The notes under the pieces are model-generated. The model ran no database searches. It saw only the letters and a list, made by a program, of their open reading frames with translations, and had not been told where the DNA came from. A stretch of 64,000 nt of DNA from positions 12,898-76,897 of the forward strand of contig CBDBFU010000004.1 in assembly GCA_965205025.1 (NCBI GenBank). The letters are read 5' to 3'. The position numbers were made by a program, and so were the translations under genes. Positions within the stretch are counted from its first letter, which is position 1. Each line of letters begins with the position of its first letter. This DNA comes from Candidatus Poribacteria bacterium (GTDB lineage Bacteria; Poribacteria; WGA-4E; WGA-3G). Shown here in pieces: positions 28,719-37,940 of the stretch.

Positions 28719-28733
28719 ATTCCACAAAAGGAT

Positions 28734-28991
28734 ATGGGAATGAATCTAACTATAATGACCATTAATTGCAGTATATTAATAATAATGTTTTTAATTGGAC
28801 TTTGCTTTTGTGGTTGTGAAAGCGACCCAATACTATCTCCTCAAGTTGAAGTATCTGAGGAATCGGGTAGTTACGGAAATACAAACATTGAGATTAATGA
28901 ATCTGAAACCAGTTCAAATAAAGTGAATAATCAACAGAAAAGAAGAATTCGTAGCAAGTTTAACAAGAATACAAACCCTAAACTCTTCTAA
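28734..28991 (+). CDS. small putative lipoprotein (85 aa)
   Basis: Hydrophobic N-terminus with LIGLCFCGCESD lipobox-like motif. Confidence 0.35.
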   Translation: MGMNLTIMTINCSILIIMFLIGLCFCGCESDPILSPQVEVSEESGSYGNTNIEINESETSSNKVNNQQKRRIRSKFNKNTNPKLF

Positions 28992-29009
28992 GGTACAGGA
29001 TTATCTTTT

Positions 29010-31520
29010 ATGTATATTTTTACAGGTGTAGTTAACATATCAAAAACATGGAATAGATCCGTAATAATGATCTTGATGGTTACACTTCTCATGTGTATAG
29101 TCCATAGTTCCGAGGGAACAAACATAATTAGTGGTAAGGTCGTAAATAAAGAAACAAAACTCCCAATTTATGGAGCGACTGTTAAAATTGATTCAAAAGG
29201 ACATACCATACAAGAAACTTCAACCGATAGAGAAGGCAACTTTCATTTTACGCAAGATTGGCATGAGGATCAACAACTTCATGTCAATTCAGAAGGTTTT
29301 AATTTCTACAAGCAAGTACTATCATCTACTGGAGAGTTAGATGGTTTGGAAATAATGTTAACACAACAGCCTTTTGAGCTTGCACCCATCGAAATCATAG
29401 GTCAATCTTTACTGGAACATAAGAAATTACCGGGTACAATGACTAAGTTAGAACCAGAGACTGTTAATTTAATCAATCCTGTAGGAACCCAAGAATTACT
29501 TGAACTAATACCTGGAATCAATGGATATGCAGATGATGGTTTCGGGAACTCACGATTGAGTATTGGCATACGTGGTTTAAACCCGCGAAGAAGTGCCCGT
29601 GTGCTTTTGCTTGAAGATGGTGTCCCAATTCAACCCGCCGTATATATCTATCCAAATGCTTATTACAACCCACCAGCAGACCGTATTGATGCAGTCGAAG
29701 TTATTAAGGGTAGTGGAGCTATCCGCTATGGTCCACAGACTATGGGGGGTGTGATAAACTATACAACCCGAAAACCAACAGGAATACAAGGCTTAGCTAA
29801 TCAAATTACTTTGGGAAACAATGGATATTATAGTGGATTCTCAGAAATCAGAGGAATTGGAAGTCCTGATATCGTTGTCTCAGATGTACAACTTCTATAT
29901 AAACATGGGGATGGATTTAGAGATAATAATACTTTTGATCAATTCAATGGTACAGTGAAGACATTATTCCAATTGACTGAAGAAAAAACACTATACATGA
30001 AATTAAATGGGAATTATGAAAATTCAAATGCAACATATACAGGATTGACAGAGTATTCTTTTAGGACAAATCCGAATTTCAATCCAAAGAATGATGACAA
30101 TTTTAAAGTCATACGTACTTCACTTGACCTAATTTATACCAACAAGATATCAGATAACATAGTTAGTAATTCGACCCTATATTCAAGTCTTTTTGATCGT
30201 AGATGGTGGCGTGAGGATGATATTTTTGTTCGACCATCCTCATTTGACACAGGTAAATTAACACCAGTACCGTATTTCCAAAACGGAGACCTTATCAGAA
30301 CTGGTAATGGAAAGAGTAATTTTGGTATTCTGCGTACATTCTATGTTGGTGGAGTGGAGCAAAATTACGCATGGAAACATGGAATTGGTAGCAATTCAGC
30401 AAATGTAGACATTGGGGGCAGATTACATTGGGAAAGGTTTATTGACGATAGGAAAGTTGGTAATGCCCCTGATGCACGAGATGGAGTTTACTATACTGGT
30501 GTACAGGATTCAACTAAAGACCCTGTGAAGATTGTTGGACAAAGTCATCATTACGAAACTACTGCATTGGCACTCTACGCAGAAGAACAGATTGAATTTC
30601 AAAACTTGACTCTGATAACCGGTGTTCGGTATGAGCTATTTAAACAAGACCGTGTTGATAGATTACGCGGGTCAGTACTCGCTGATAAAGTATCTTCTGT
30701 ATTATTACCAGGTATTGGCGTAAATTATGAAGTAGGACATTTCAACTTTTTTGGGGGTATTCATAGAGGTTATACTGCACCTTCCAGCGGGGCATTAAAG
30801 ATAACTAATTTTGGACAGAATGTGGAATCTGGTGGACTTGACCTTGAACCTGAGAAAAGCTGGAATATGGAAGTTGGTGTTAGATCCTGGATACCGGGGA
30901 TTATCCTAGAGACATCCACCTTTTTGATTCAGATTGAAGATTTAGTCGCAGCGGGAAGAGGTACGGCATTTAAGAATTTAGGTAAGGTCAATCTATCTGG
31001 ACTCGAATTTGCAATGAAATTAGGTATATCAGAATTATCTTCAATTCTTCCAGATTTCAACTTTACATATACATACCTTCAAACAGAAATTATTGATGGA
31101 ATTATAAAGTCTGCTACTATAGCAGGTAATGTTGATGTAGATATAAATGGTAATGAATTACCCTATGCTCCACAACACACCTTTACAATAGGTTTGTCAA
31201 AATATTTATGGGATTCTATCCGTATGCGTGCAGATATGCGGTTTGTTGATGAAGTATTTACTGATTTTGAGAATCTACAACAAACCTTTAACCGAGGAGA
31301 CACTGGACCTATTCCAAGTTATTCAATTGTTAATGCAAGTATAGATTACAAAGTTTCACAACAATGGCAGCTATTTTTTACTGTCAAAAACCTATTAGAT
31401 CAAGTTTATATCGGGTCACGACTGCATTCAAATGCTGGTCAACCTGAAGCAAATCTAAGCTCAGGAATCTTAATTGGTCCGAGAAGACAGATATTATTTG
31501 GTATAAAACAAGGTATATAA
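29010..31520 (+). CDS. TonB-dependent outer-membrane receptor with N-terminal carboxypeptidase-regulatory-like domain
   Basis: ISGKVVNKETKLPIYGATVKIDSKGHTIQETSTDREGNFHF (CarbopepD_reg-like), then plug domain. Long beta-barrel. 836 aa. The real start is possibly ATG 29067. Confidence 0.8.
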   Translation: MYIFTGVVNISKTWNRSVIMILMVTLLMCIVHSSEGTNIISGKVVNKETKLPIYGATVKIDSKGHTIQETSTDREGNFHFTQDWHEDQQLHVNSEGFNFYKQVLSSTGELDGLEIMLTQQPFELAPIEIIGQSLLEHKKLPGTMTKLEPETVNLINPVGTQELLELIPGINGYADDGFGNSRLSIGIRGLNPRRSARVLLLEDGVPIQPAVYIYPNAYYNPPADRIDAVEVIKGSGAIRYGPQTMGGVINYTTRKPTGIQGLANQITLGNNGYYSGFSEIRGIGSPDIVVSDVQLLYKHGDGFRDNNTFDQFNGTVKTLFQLTEEKTLYMKLNGNYENSNATYTGLTEYSFRTNPNFNPKNDDNFKVIRTSLDLIYTNKISDNIVSNSTLYSSLFDRRWWREDDIFVRPSSFDTGKLTPVPYFQNGDLIRTGNGKSNFGILRTFYVGGVEQNYAWKHGIGSNSANVDIGGRLHWERFIDDRKVGNAPDARDGVYYTGVQDSTKDPVKIVGQSHHYETTALALYAEEQIEFQNLTLITGVRYELFKQDRVDRLRGSVLADKVSSVLLPGIGVNYEVGHFNFFGGIHRGYTAPSSGALKITNFGQNVESGGLDLEPEKSWNMEVGVRSWIPGIILETSTFLIQIEDLVAAGRGTAFKNLGKVNLSGLEFAMKLGISELSSILPDFNFTYTYLQTEIIDGIIKSATIAGNVDVDINGNELPYAPQHTFTIGLSKYLWDSIRMRADMRFVDEVFTDFENLQQTFNRGDTGPIPSYSIVNASIDYKVSQQWQLFFTVKNLLDQVYIGSRLHSNAGQPEANLSSGILIGPRRQILFGIKQGI

Positions 31521-31588
31521 TTTAGTGTATACAGATATAGAAATGTATTATAACATTTCTATATCTTGTATCTTCAAACTTAATTTTG

Positions 31589-31607
31589 GATAATGAGATT
31601 CATTATC
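31589..31607. promoter_or_regulatory. Fur box (17/19 match to consensus GATAATGATAATCATTATC) 21 bp upstream of gene 31628
   Basis: GATAATGAGATTCATTATC, perfect palindrome, identical to the site at 36345-36363. Confidence 0.6.
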
Positions 31608-31627
31608 CAAAAAATGTAAGGTGATTT

Positions 31628-32944
31628 ATGATAAATATTTCAAATAAACTACAATGGTTAACAGTTTTTCTAACAATTTCAATCCTATTTATTTGCGGAT
31701 GCGGTAGTGACGAAGATGATGATACTATAGATCAAACTGGTGAAGGGAAAATCCAAGTTCCTCAAGCGTATGTATTTGACAGTCGTTTCCAAGAGGGAGA
31801 AAGTAGTGTATCCTATTCTGGACAAGTTGTTCGAAATTTACTACTACAGGATCTGAAAGCAGTTACAGATAGTGTCGGAAAAGATAGTGGGAAAGCTGCA
31901 TCTGTAGATGATATGTTACAATTATATGAATACGACGATGCTTTGAACCTAAAAACAATTACTACCACTGGATCCGTACCTGCCCTTGAAAGTCAGTACT
32001 CTTCTCTATCAACTGGTAAGAATCTCGTTGGTAAAATCTCCGATGCTCCTGTTATCGGTTATAACCGGTCTGCCGATGATTTAGTACGAGAATGGTTCAA
32101 AGGAATATCGGACAACTCACAAGATTCGGATAAACTCGGTACTGCAATGGCTTATACTACCGAAGATGGTGTTGACATGTCTCAGATGATAAACAAAGTC
32201 CTTATTGGTGCTGTTCCCTACTATCAAGCAACTGGCGTTTACCTTGATACTCTACTTGAACGTGATAATAGTGAAGCAAGGGATGGTACAAAACCGTATA
32301 CTGCAATGGAACATGCATGGGATGAAGCTTTTGGTTATTTCGGGGCAGCTCGGGATTATGCTCGATATACCGATATACAACTGGCTGGATCAGTTGATGA
32401 TTTTACTTTTGATTCTAATGGTGATGGATCAATAGATTTCAATTCCGAGTACAATTTCGGTCTATCCAGAAATGCTGCTAAACGGGATAAAGGAGGTACA
32501 GGCGTTGATTTTACTACTGAAATCTTCAATGCATTCCTTGCCGGTCGGACTGCTATCACAAATCAAGGATCTGTCTCAGAAATAAGTGCACACAGACAAG
32601 CTGCTGCAAATGGCATGGAAAAAGTAATCGCCGCAACTGTTGTTCATTACATCAATGATACACTTAGTGATATGTCAAAGTTAGGGACAGACGAAGAGAA
32701 TCTTGCTAATCTAAATAAACATTGGGCAGAAATGAAAGGATATACAGTTGCATTACAGTATAATCCTTTCAAGTTAATTAGTGATGGTCAACTTAGGGAG
32801 TTACATGGTATCATGGGAACGGCTCCGAAGTACGATACACCCGGAACAGATGCCTATAAAACTCAGGTCACTAATTATCAACGAGCAAAAGATGTAATGC
32901 AGGCTGCTTACGGATTCTCAAATTCAAACATGGAGAACTGGTAG
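31628..32944 (+). CDS. lipoprotein, DUF4856-like (family often linked to imelysin/DUF1111 iron clusters)
   Basis: Lipobox LFICGCGSDEDDD. 438 aa. Preceded by a Fur box. Confidence 0.45.
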   Translation: MINISNKLQWLTVFLTISILFICGCGSDEDDDTIDQTGEGKIQVPQAYVFDSRFQEGESSVSYSGQVVRNLLLQDLKAVTDSVGKDSGKAASVDDMLQLYEYDDALNLKTITTTGSVPALESQYSSLSTGKNLVGKISDAPVIGYNRSADDLVREWFKGISDNSQDSDKLGTAMAYTTEDGVDMSQMINKVLIGAVPYYQATGVYLDTLLERDNSEARDGTKPYTAMEHAWDEAFGYFGAARDYARYTDIQLAGSVDDFTFDSNGDGSIDFNSEYNFGLSRNAAKRDKGGTGVDFTTEIFNAFLAGRTAITNQGSVSEISAHRQAAANGMEKVIAATVVHYINDTLSDMSKLGTDEENLANLNKHWAEMKGYTVALQYNPFKLISDGQLRELHGIMGTAPKYDTPGTDAYKTQVTNYQRAKDVMQAAYGFSNSNMENW

Positions 32945-33051
32945 GTAATACTCTAAGTTCGGACCCATATAAGGTTGAGTAGTTAAACAAAGGAAGATTA
33001 TCCACGTAATGGTTAATCTTCCTTTTTACATCTCTTGAAACGTCCAAAAAG

Positions 33052-34542
33052 ATGAACAAACAGGAACAAACAAACCATCTATTCACATGGGGATTTATCT
33101 TACTCTGTTGTATTGTTTCCCGTTTGTTAAGTACTATCTATTACATTGAAGATATAGACAGTCTAAGATTTGCATTGAGTATGCTGGAATATGATGTAGA
33201 AAAGTTACAACCTCATTTTCCAGCATATCCCGTCTTCTGTTTCCTAGCAAAATTCATTTATATCTTGACTGGACGGTACTCTATAGCATTTTCAATTATA
33301 GGAGGTATATCCACTTTTCTGATAATCTTCTTTACCTTAAAGATTGTTAAGATCAAATGCACTTCTCAATTGGGAATAATCGCTATCTTGATTTTATTCA
33401 TGAACCCTTTATTGTGGTTAATGAGTAATCGTTATATGCCAGATATTTTAGGTCTTGCATGTCTATTAGGAGCATTCTATTACATCTTAAAATCTATACA
33501 CAAGGATGGAAACAACTCATCATTTTATGGTTACATTGGATATTTTCTTGCAGCAATTTTGTCGGGAATAAAAATCTCATATATCCCATTATTGATACCA
33601 GTCCTATTAATCGGATTAAAAAACAATAATAGAATAAAGTTAATTATCGTAGGATGCATAGGGCTATTATTGTGGCTAATACCATTATTGTGGATGACAG
33701 GGTGGAAGACACTCTTAGGAAGTGCTCTGAACCAGACACAAGGGCACTTTACAGATTTTGGGGGTACAGTTTCAACAAATCCGGATTTATGGCTCCGTTT
33801 GAGTAAAATTATCGAGAGTATCGTTGCTGATGGGTTTGGATTATATTGGCTGGGACGTCATCTCATAACAGCTGTAAGCACTATCCTTCTCTTAGTTATA
33901 ATTTTCTCAAATTGGAAATCAATAGTAGGTAGAACTGAACAGAGTCTGTTTGGACAGAATCATATATACCACCAATCACTATTGATTGGTTGCATAATTT
34001 ATTCTGTCTGGTTATTTGTAGGACAGAATGTGATATATAAGAGTCGACATATAATACCATTATTACCTTTTTTCTCTATAGGAATAGCCATCGCATGTAA
34101 TCAAATGTTAATAAATGCGAAGAAGCAGACTGATTCAATACGTATGGTATTGAAAAGATGGTATCAATACAGCATTGGAATTCTTGTATGCTTTCTTCTT
34201 TGTTATAGTTTCGTTACAATACATACCGTCATTCAACATACAAGACCTACCGCAATAGCACAAATACAAAGATACTTACTCGAAAAAACATCTCAATCTA
34301 ACCATGAACTCAAAATTGTATCTGTTCCACTAATTAAATATTATTTGGTGTCCCAAGGAGTGAAAGCAGAATATATACCTATAAAATCTCCAAAAGATAT
34401 ACAACAACTTAATGATCTGAACAGTAAATATGTAGCAATTGGAACAAATTTACCTAATCGCAATCCAAAAAAGGAATTTACGTTTTACCATAACCCTTAT
34501 GTGAACAGAATGTGGTCAGAATTACATGTATATGAATACTAA
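33052..34542 (+). CDS. polytopic membrane protein, GT-C-fold glycosyltransferase-like (DUF2723/ArnT/PMT-type)
   Basis: >=10 predicted TM helices. First loop IEDIDSLRFALSMLEYD...QPHFPAYPVF resembles the D-x-x-E...HPPGYP motif of DUF2723 proteins. Confidence 0.45.
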   Translation: MNKQEQTNHLFTWGFILLCCIVSRLLSTIYYIEDIDSLRFALSMLEYDVEKLQPHFPAYPVFCFLAKFIYILTGRYSIAFSIIGGISTFLIIFFTLKIVKIKCTSQLGIIAILILFMNPLLWLMSNRYMPDILGLACLLGAFYYILKSIHKDGNNSSFYGYIGYFLAAILSGIKISYIPLLIPVLLIGLKNNNRIKLIIVGCIGLLLWLIPLLWMTGWKTLLGSALNQTQGHFTDFGGTVSTNPDLWLRLSKIIESIVADGFGLYWLGRHLITAVSTILLLVIIFSNWKSIVGRTEQSLFGQNHIYHQSLLIGCIIYSVWLFVGQNVIYKSRHIIPLLPFFSIGIAIACNQMLINAKKQTDSIRMVLKRWYQYSIGILVCFLLCYSFVTIHTVIQHTRPTAIAQIQRYLLEKTSQSNHELKIVSVPLIKYYLVSQGVKAEYIPIKSPKDIQQLNDLNSKYVAIGTNLPNRNPKKEFTFYHNPYVNRMWSELHVYEY

Positions 34543-34855
34543 TAGAAATGCAGAAGAGAATTAGTAGGTATGTGGTTCTCTAAACGACTATATAATAGTG
34601 TAATTTAAGACATATACACTTACATACCTCGGTAGGTGCTGTTTCCCGACGAATTCCTATCGGGAATACCTTAATGGCATTCATACCGTTGATTTGACGG
34701 ATTCGGTGTTGATTCCCCGCATTGGTTTTTAGTGTATCATAAACTTAAAATCTACCATATTATGACTTAATCACACAAACTGATTTTGTGAATCATTGTT
34801 CAGAAATAACATAAGACATTATCAATCTATTTTTGGTATCGGAGAAAAATTCATA

Positions 34856-36187
34856 ATGGAAATTCCTGATCTTCATATACTCGGTGGTGGGCCTGCAGGT
34901 TTAACGACAGGATATTATGCCAAGAAACACAATATCAATTTCCTTATATATGAAGCGGGGGAACAAGTTGGAGGGAACTGTCGTACACTTCAAATTGATA
35001 ACTTTTTGTTTGATACTGGAGCACACAGATTTCATGATAAAGACCAAGAAGCAACAAAAATAGTTAAAGAATTACTTGGAAATGATCTACAAAAGGTTGA
35101 TGCCCCAAGCCAGATTTACTTTAAGAGTAAATATTATTGCTTTCCATTGGTACTAAGTGATCTGGTTCAGAAACTGGATAGAAAAACTCTACTAAAAATC
35201 ATTTTTGAGAAACTGCAAAGTGGACAGATAAGGCATTTAGATAATTTTAAACAACTTGCACTGAAAAAGTATGGCAGTACGTTAGCAAACAATTTTCTAC
35301 TTAATTACTCTGAAAAACTATGGGGTGAGACACCAGAAAAACTATCTACATCAATTACTGGCAACAGACTAAAAGGATTAAACCTTTGGAGTTTTCTACA
35401 ATCTACCGTTCTGGGTACTCCAAAGAATCCAAAACACTTAGACGGAACATTTTTCTATCCAAAATACGGGATTGGAATGATTCCTAATAAACTCTCTGAA
35501 TTTATAGGTAAAGAACGGATTCACTTAAATCATAGAATTAGTCGTATTAATCATAATTATGAAAAAATTGAAAGTGTAATATTAAATGATGATCTGGAGA
35601 CACAGATTAAGTATGTTGTGAATACATTACCTTTAACATTATCAATTCGTTTGATGAATCCAAAACCCCCATCTGAATTATGTGAAGTAGCAAATTCAAT
35701 AAAATTTCGACATCTTGTTCTTTCAATATTCTGCTTAAATCGAGAATATTACACACACAATGCTTCACTTTATTTTCCAAGTGAAGACTTTCCATTTACA
35801 CGTTTGTATGAACCAAAAAACAGAAGCATTCACATGGCACCAGTTGGACAAACAGTAATTGTATTGGAAATCCCATGTTACACAGAAGATCCAATCTGGT
35901 CAATGGAAGACAATACTATTGAAAAAATAGTATGGGACGCTTTAAGTAAAGTTAAGACAATAGATGCAGAGGAGGTAATCCACAGTCAAATATATAGACT
36001 TCCTTTCGCTTATCCTGTTCTTGAAGTAGATTTCGAAGATAAAGTTAAGCAGCTGGTGTCTTATTTCGACCAATTTAATAATTTACTTCTGACCGGCAGG
36101 AGTTCGCTGTTCAGGTATCTACATCTACATGACCTTTTTCATGCAGGCAAAGATGTAATAAGTAAATTGCAACAATCAAACATATAA
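34856..36187 (+). CDS. FAD-dependent oxidoreductase (amine-oxidase/protoporphyrinogen-oxidase-like Rossmann family)
   Basis: GGAG RBS. N-terminal dinucleotide-binding motif HILGGGPAGLTTGYYA...YEAGEQVGGNCRT. Confidence 0.75.
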   Translation: MEIPDLHILGGGPAGLTTGYYAKKHNINFLIYEAGEQVGGNCRTLQIDNFLFDTGAHRFHDKDQEATKIVKELLGNDLQKVDAPSQIYFKSKYYCFPLVLSDLVQKLDRKTLLKIIFEKLQSGQIRHLDNFKQLALKKYGSTLANNFLLNYSEKLWGETPEKLSTSITGNRLKGLNLWSFLQSTVLGTPKNPKHLDGTFFYPKYGIGMIPNKLSEFIGKERIHLNHRISRINHNYEKIESVILNDDLETQIKYVVNTLPLTLSIRLMNPKPPSELCEVANSIKFRHLVLSIFCLNREYYTHNASLYFPSEDFPFTRLYEPKNRSIHMAPVGQTVIVLEIPCYTEDPIWSMEDNTIEKIVWDALSKVKTIDAEEVIHSQIYRLPFAYPVLEVDFEDKVKQLVSYFDQFNNLLLTGRSSLFRYLHLHDLFHAGKDVISKLQQSNI

Positions 36188-36344
36188 ATAATAATATAGA
36201 TAATAAATACCAATTTAAGTTGTAAATTACAAATTAAACTGAGAATATTGAAAAATAAATTTGACATTAATTAATAATTATAGTATTCTATCAATGCAGC
36301 AACCGTAATAAAGCATCTACTGCTTCAAAAACAGCCTCTATTAT

Positions 36345-36363
36345 GATAATGAGATTCATTATC
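36345..36363. promoter_or_regulatory. Fur box upstream of heme-degrading monooxygenase-like gene
   Basis: GATAATGAGATTCATTATC, identical to 31589-31607. Confidence 0.6.
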
Positions 36364-36537
36364 ATAATTAAAGGTTCTTTTGAATACTCCTTAGGAACAG
36401 ACGGTATAATACGAGGATAGGATTCTAACTACAACCGACTATACCTTAACTCGAATTTACCTTTGTTGAACAATGGTTCTGTTAGATGAATATGTCACAG
36501 AATCTACAAGGTCGTTTATTCAGTACATATTCACTAC

Positions 36538-36567
36538 GTTTGGTAGGGAGGTATATCCCTACCAAAC
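36538..36567. repeat. perfect 12-bp-arm inverted repeat (GGTAGG-type palindrome)
   Basis: GTTTGGTAGGGA-GGTATA-TCCCTACCAAAC, 48 bp upstream of ATG 36615. Confidence 0.5.
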
Positions 36568-36614
36568 CTACTGACATGTCATTATAATCTATTTACTAAT
36601 GTAGGAGACAGTTA

Positions 36615-36980
36615 ATGATTACTGTAGCAAATCGTATTTATGTAGCAGAAGACTATAAGGACGAATTTGAAAAAAGGTTTCGAAATCGAGCTAAACTTGT
36701 TGATGGAATGCCAGGGTTCATCTCAAATCAGGTGTTGCGACCTGTGAATGATGGTGATCCTTATATTGTCTTTACACTCTGGGAATCACGCAAAGATTTT
36801 GAGAACTGGGTTGATTCTGAGGAATTTCGGAAAGGGCATGCACAATCAGGAACGCTACCAAATGAAGCCTTCACACAATCAAACAAACTGGAACTACATG
36901 AGGTGTTTTTATATTCTGAGGAACCAGATTTGAAGGATGAACCATCAGGTGGTCCCTTCAAGATTCACCAAGAAGGATAA
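36615..36980 (+). CDS. antibiotic-biosynthesis-monooxygenase (ABM) domain protein, IsdG/HmoB-like heme-degrading monooxygenase candidate
   Basis: 121 aa. ...PGFISNQVLRPVNDGDPYIVFTLWESRKDFENWVDSEEFRKGH... is typical of ABM/IsdG. Preceded by a Fur box. Confidence 0.65.
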   Translation: MITVANRIYVAEDYKDEFEKRFRNRAKLVDGMPGFISNQVLRPVNDGDPYIVFTLWESRKDFENWVDSEEFRKGHAQSGTLPNEAFTQSNKLELHEVFLYSEEPDLKDEPSGGPFKIHQEG

Positions 36981-37199
36981 TTATACGCAGAAAAAGCGGC
37001 GAGTAGAACAAGGCATGCTCCAACTGGCAATTGATAGCAAATGCCGATGTTTCTAATGGAAATGATACATCTGGACTGATGATCTACAATCTCTCGCGTT
37101 TGATGGATCACACGCACAAGGTATGAACGTAGTCACCCTATGCCTTTTCTGCATTTATAAGAATACAACATTAGTATCTCAACTGTCAAGGGGAATTCA

Positions 37200-37922
37200 A
37201 TGGACAACAATGTAAATACTTCAAATAGGCATTCTGTAGGTAAAGATAGTAAAAAACCTGTAAAACGTAGAAGACGTTCACCATATTCCTTCTTACCGCT
37301 TAGATGGAGTCGAGGGAGTTTCCTAAAATGGCTTCGGAGAACGCATGCATGGTTAGGTCTTTGGGGAGCAGCATTAGGAATTCTGTTTGGTGTGACCGGG
37401 ATCCTTCTTAATCATAGAGGAAAGTTACAGATCAACGCAGCCCATACCGAACAGACAGAGCATGAATTGACTCTTCCCAAACAAAAACCAGAAAATATCG
37501 AAGAATTCGCATTATGGTTGAAGACAGAACTTAATATCAATAAGGAATGGAGTCGTATTCGTTCACAAAAGCCTCGTGAAATAAGTTGGGGTGGAAAATC
37601 TGTGACACAACCGGCAAGATGGAGTGTCAGTTTTAGTAATCCTAAAGGAGGTTACAGTGCAGATTATTGGGTCGGTAATACCTATACATCAGTACGACAT
37701 TTTAATAGGAATATATTTGCTTTTCTAAACCGATTACATATGGCAAGTGGATTAGGAGTCGGTTGGATTCTTCTTGCCGATACAATCGCAGGGAGCTTAA
37801 TTATCCTATCACTCTCAGGCATATTACTTTGGACCCGTTTACATGGTCCAAGACTTCTGGCAGCCAGCCTTGGTATAGGATCTATATGTATGGCAGTATA
37901 CTTCGTCTGGAGAGCCTTCTAA
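37200..37922 (+). CDS. PepSY-associated TM helix protein (PiuB-like)
   Basis: WLRRTHAWLGLWGAALGILFGVTGILLNHR is a PepSY_TM signature. 240 aa. Directly upstream of a TonB receptor. Confidence 0.7.
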   Translation: MDNNVNTSNRHSVGKDSKKPVKRRRRSPYSFLPLRWSRGSFLKWLRRTHAWLGLWGAALGILFGVTGILLNHRGKLQINAAHTEQTEHELTLPKQKPENIEEFALWLKTELNINKEWSRIRSQKPREISWGGKSVTQPARWSVSFSNPKGGYSADYWVGNTYTSVRHFNRNIFAFLNRLHMASGLGVGWILLADTIAGSLIILSLSGILLWTRLHGPRLLAASLGIGSICMAVYFVWRAF

Positions 37923-37940
37923 AAAGAAAAGGATCAACAC

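Noticed and set aside
28495-28725. 76-aa minus-strand ORF
   Set aside because: Antisense to the C-terminal (frameshifted) part of the DUF1111 gene, whose + strand translation contains the conserved EWRTPPLWG region.
37150-37175. Fur box upstream of the PepSY-TM gene (ATAAGAATACAACATTAGTAT)
   Set aside because: Only a weak hexamer resemblance and not palindromic. Left uncalled. Likewise the weak TGATAATAGTAAATGAATC-type match upstream of the Bfr-like gene (~44795-44815).
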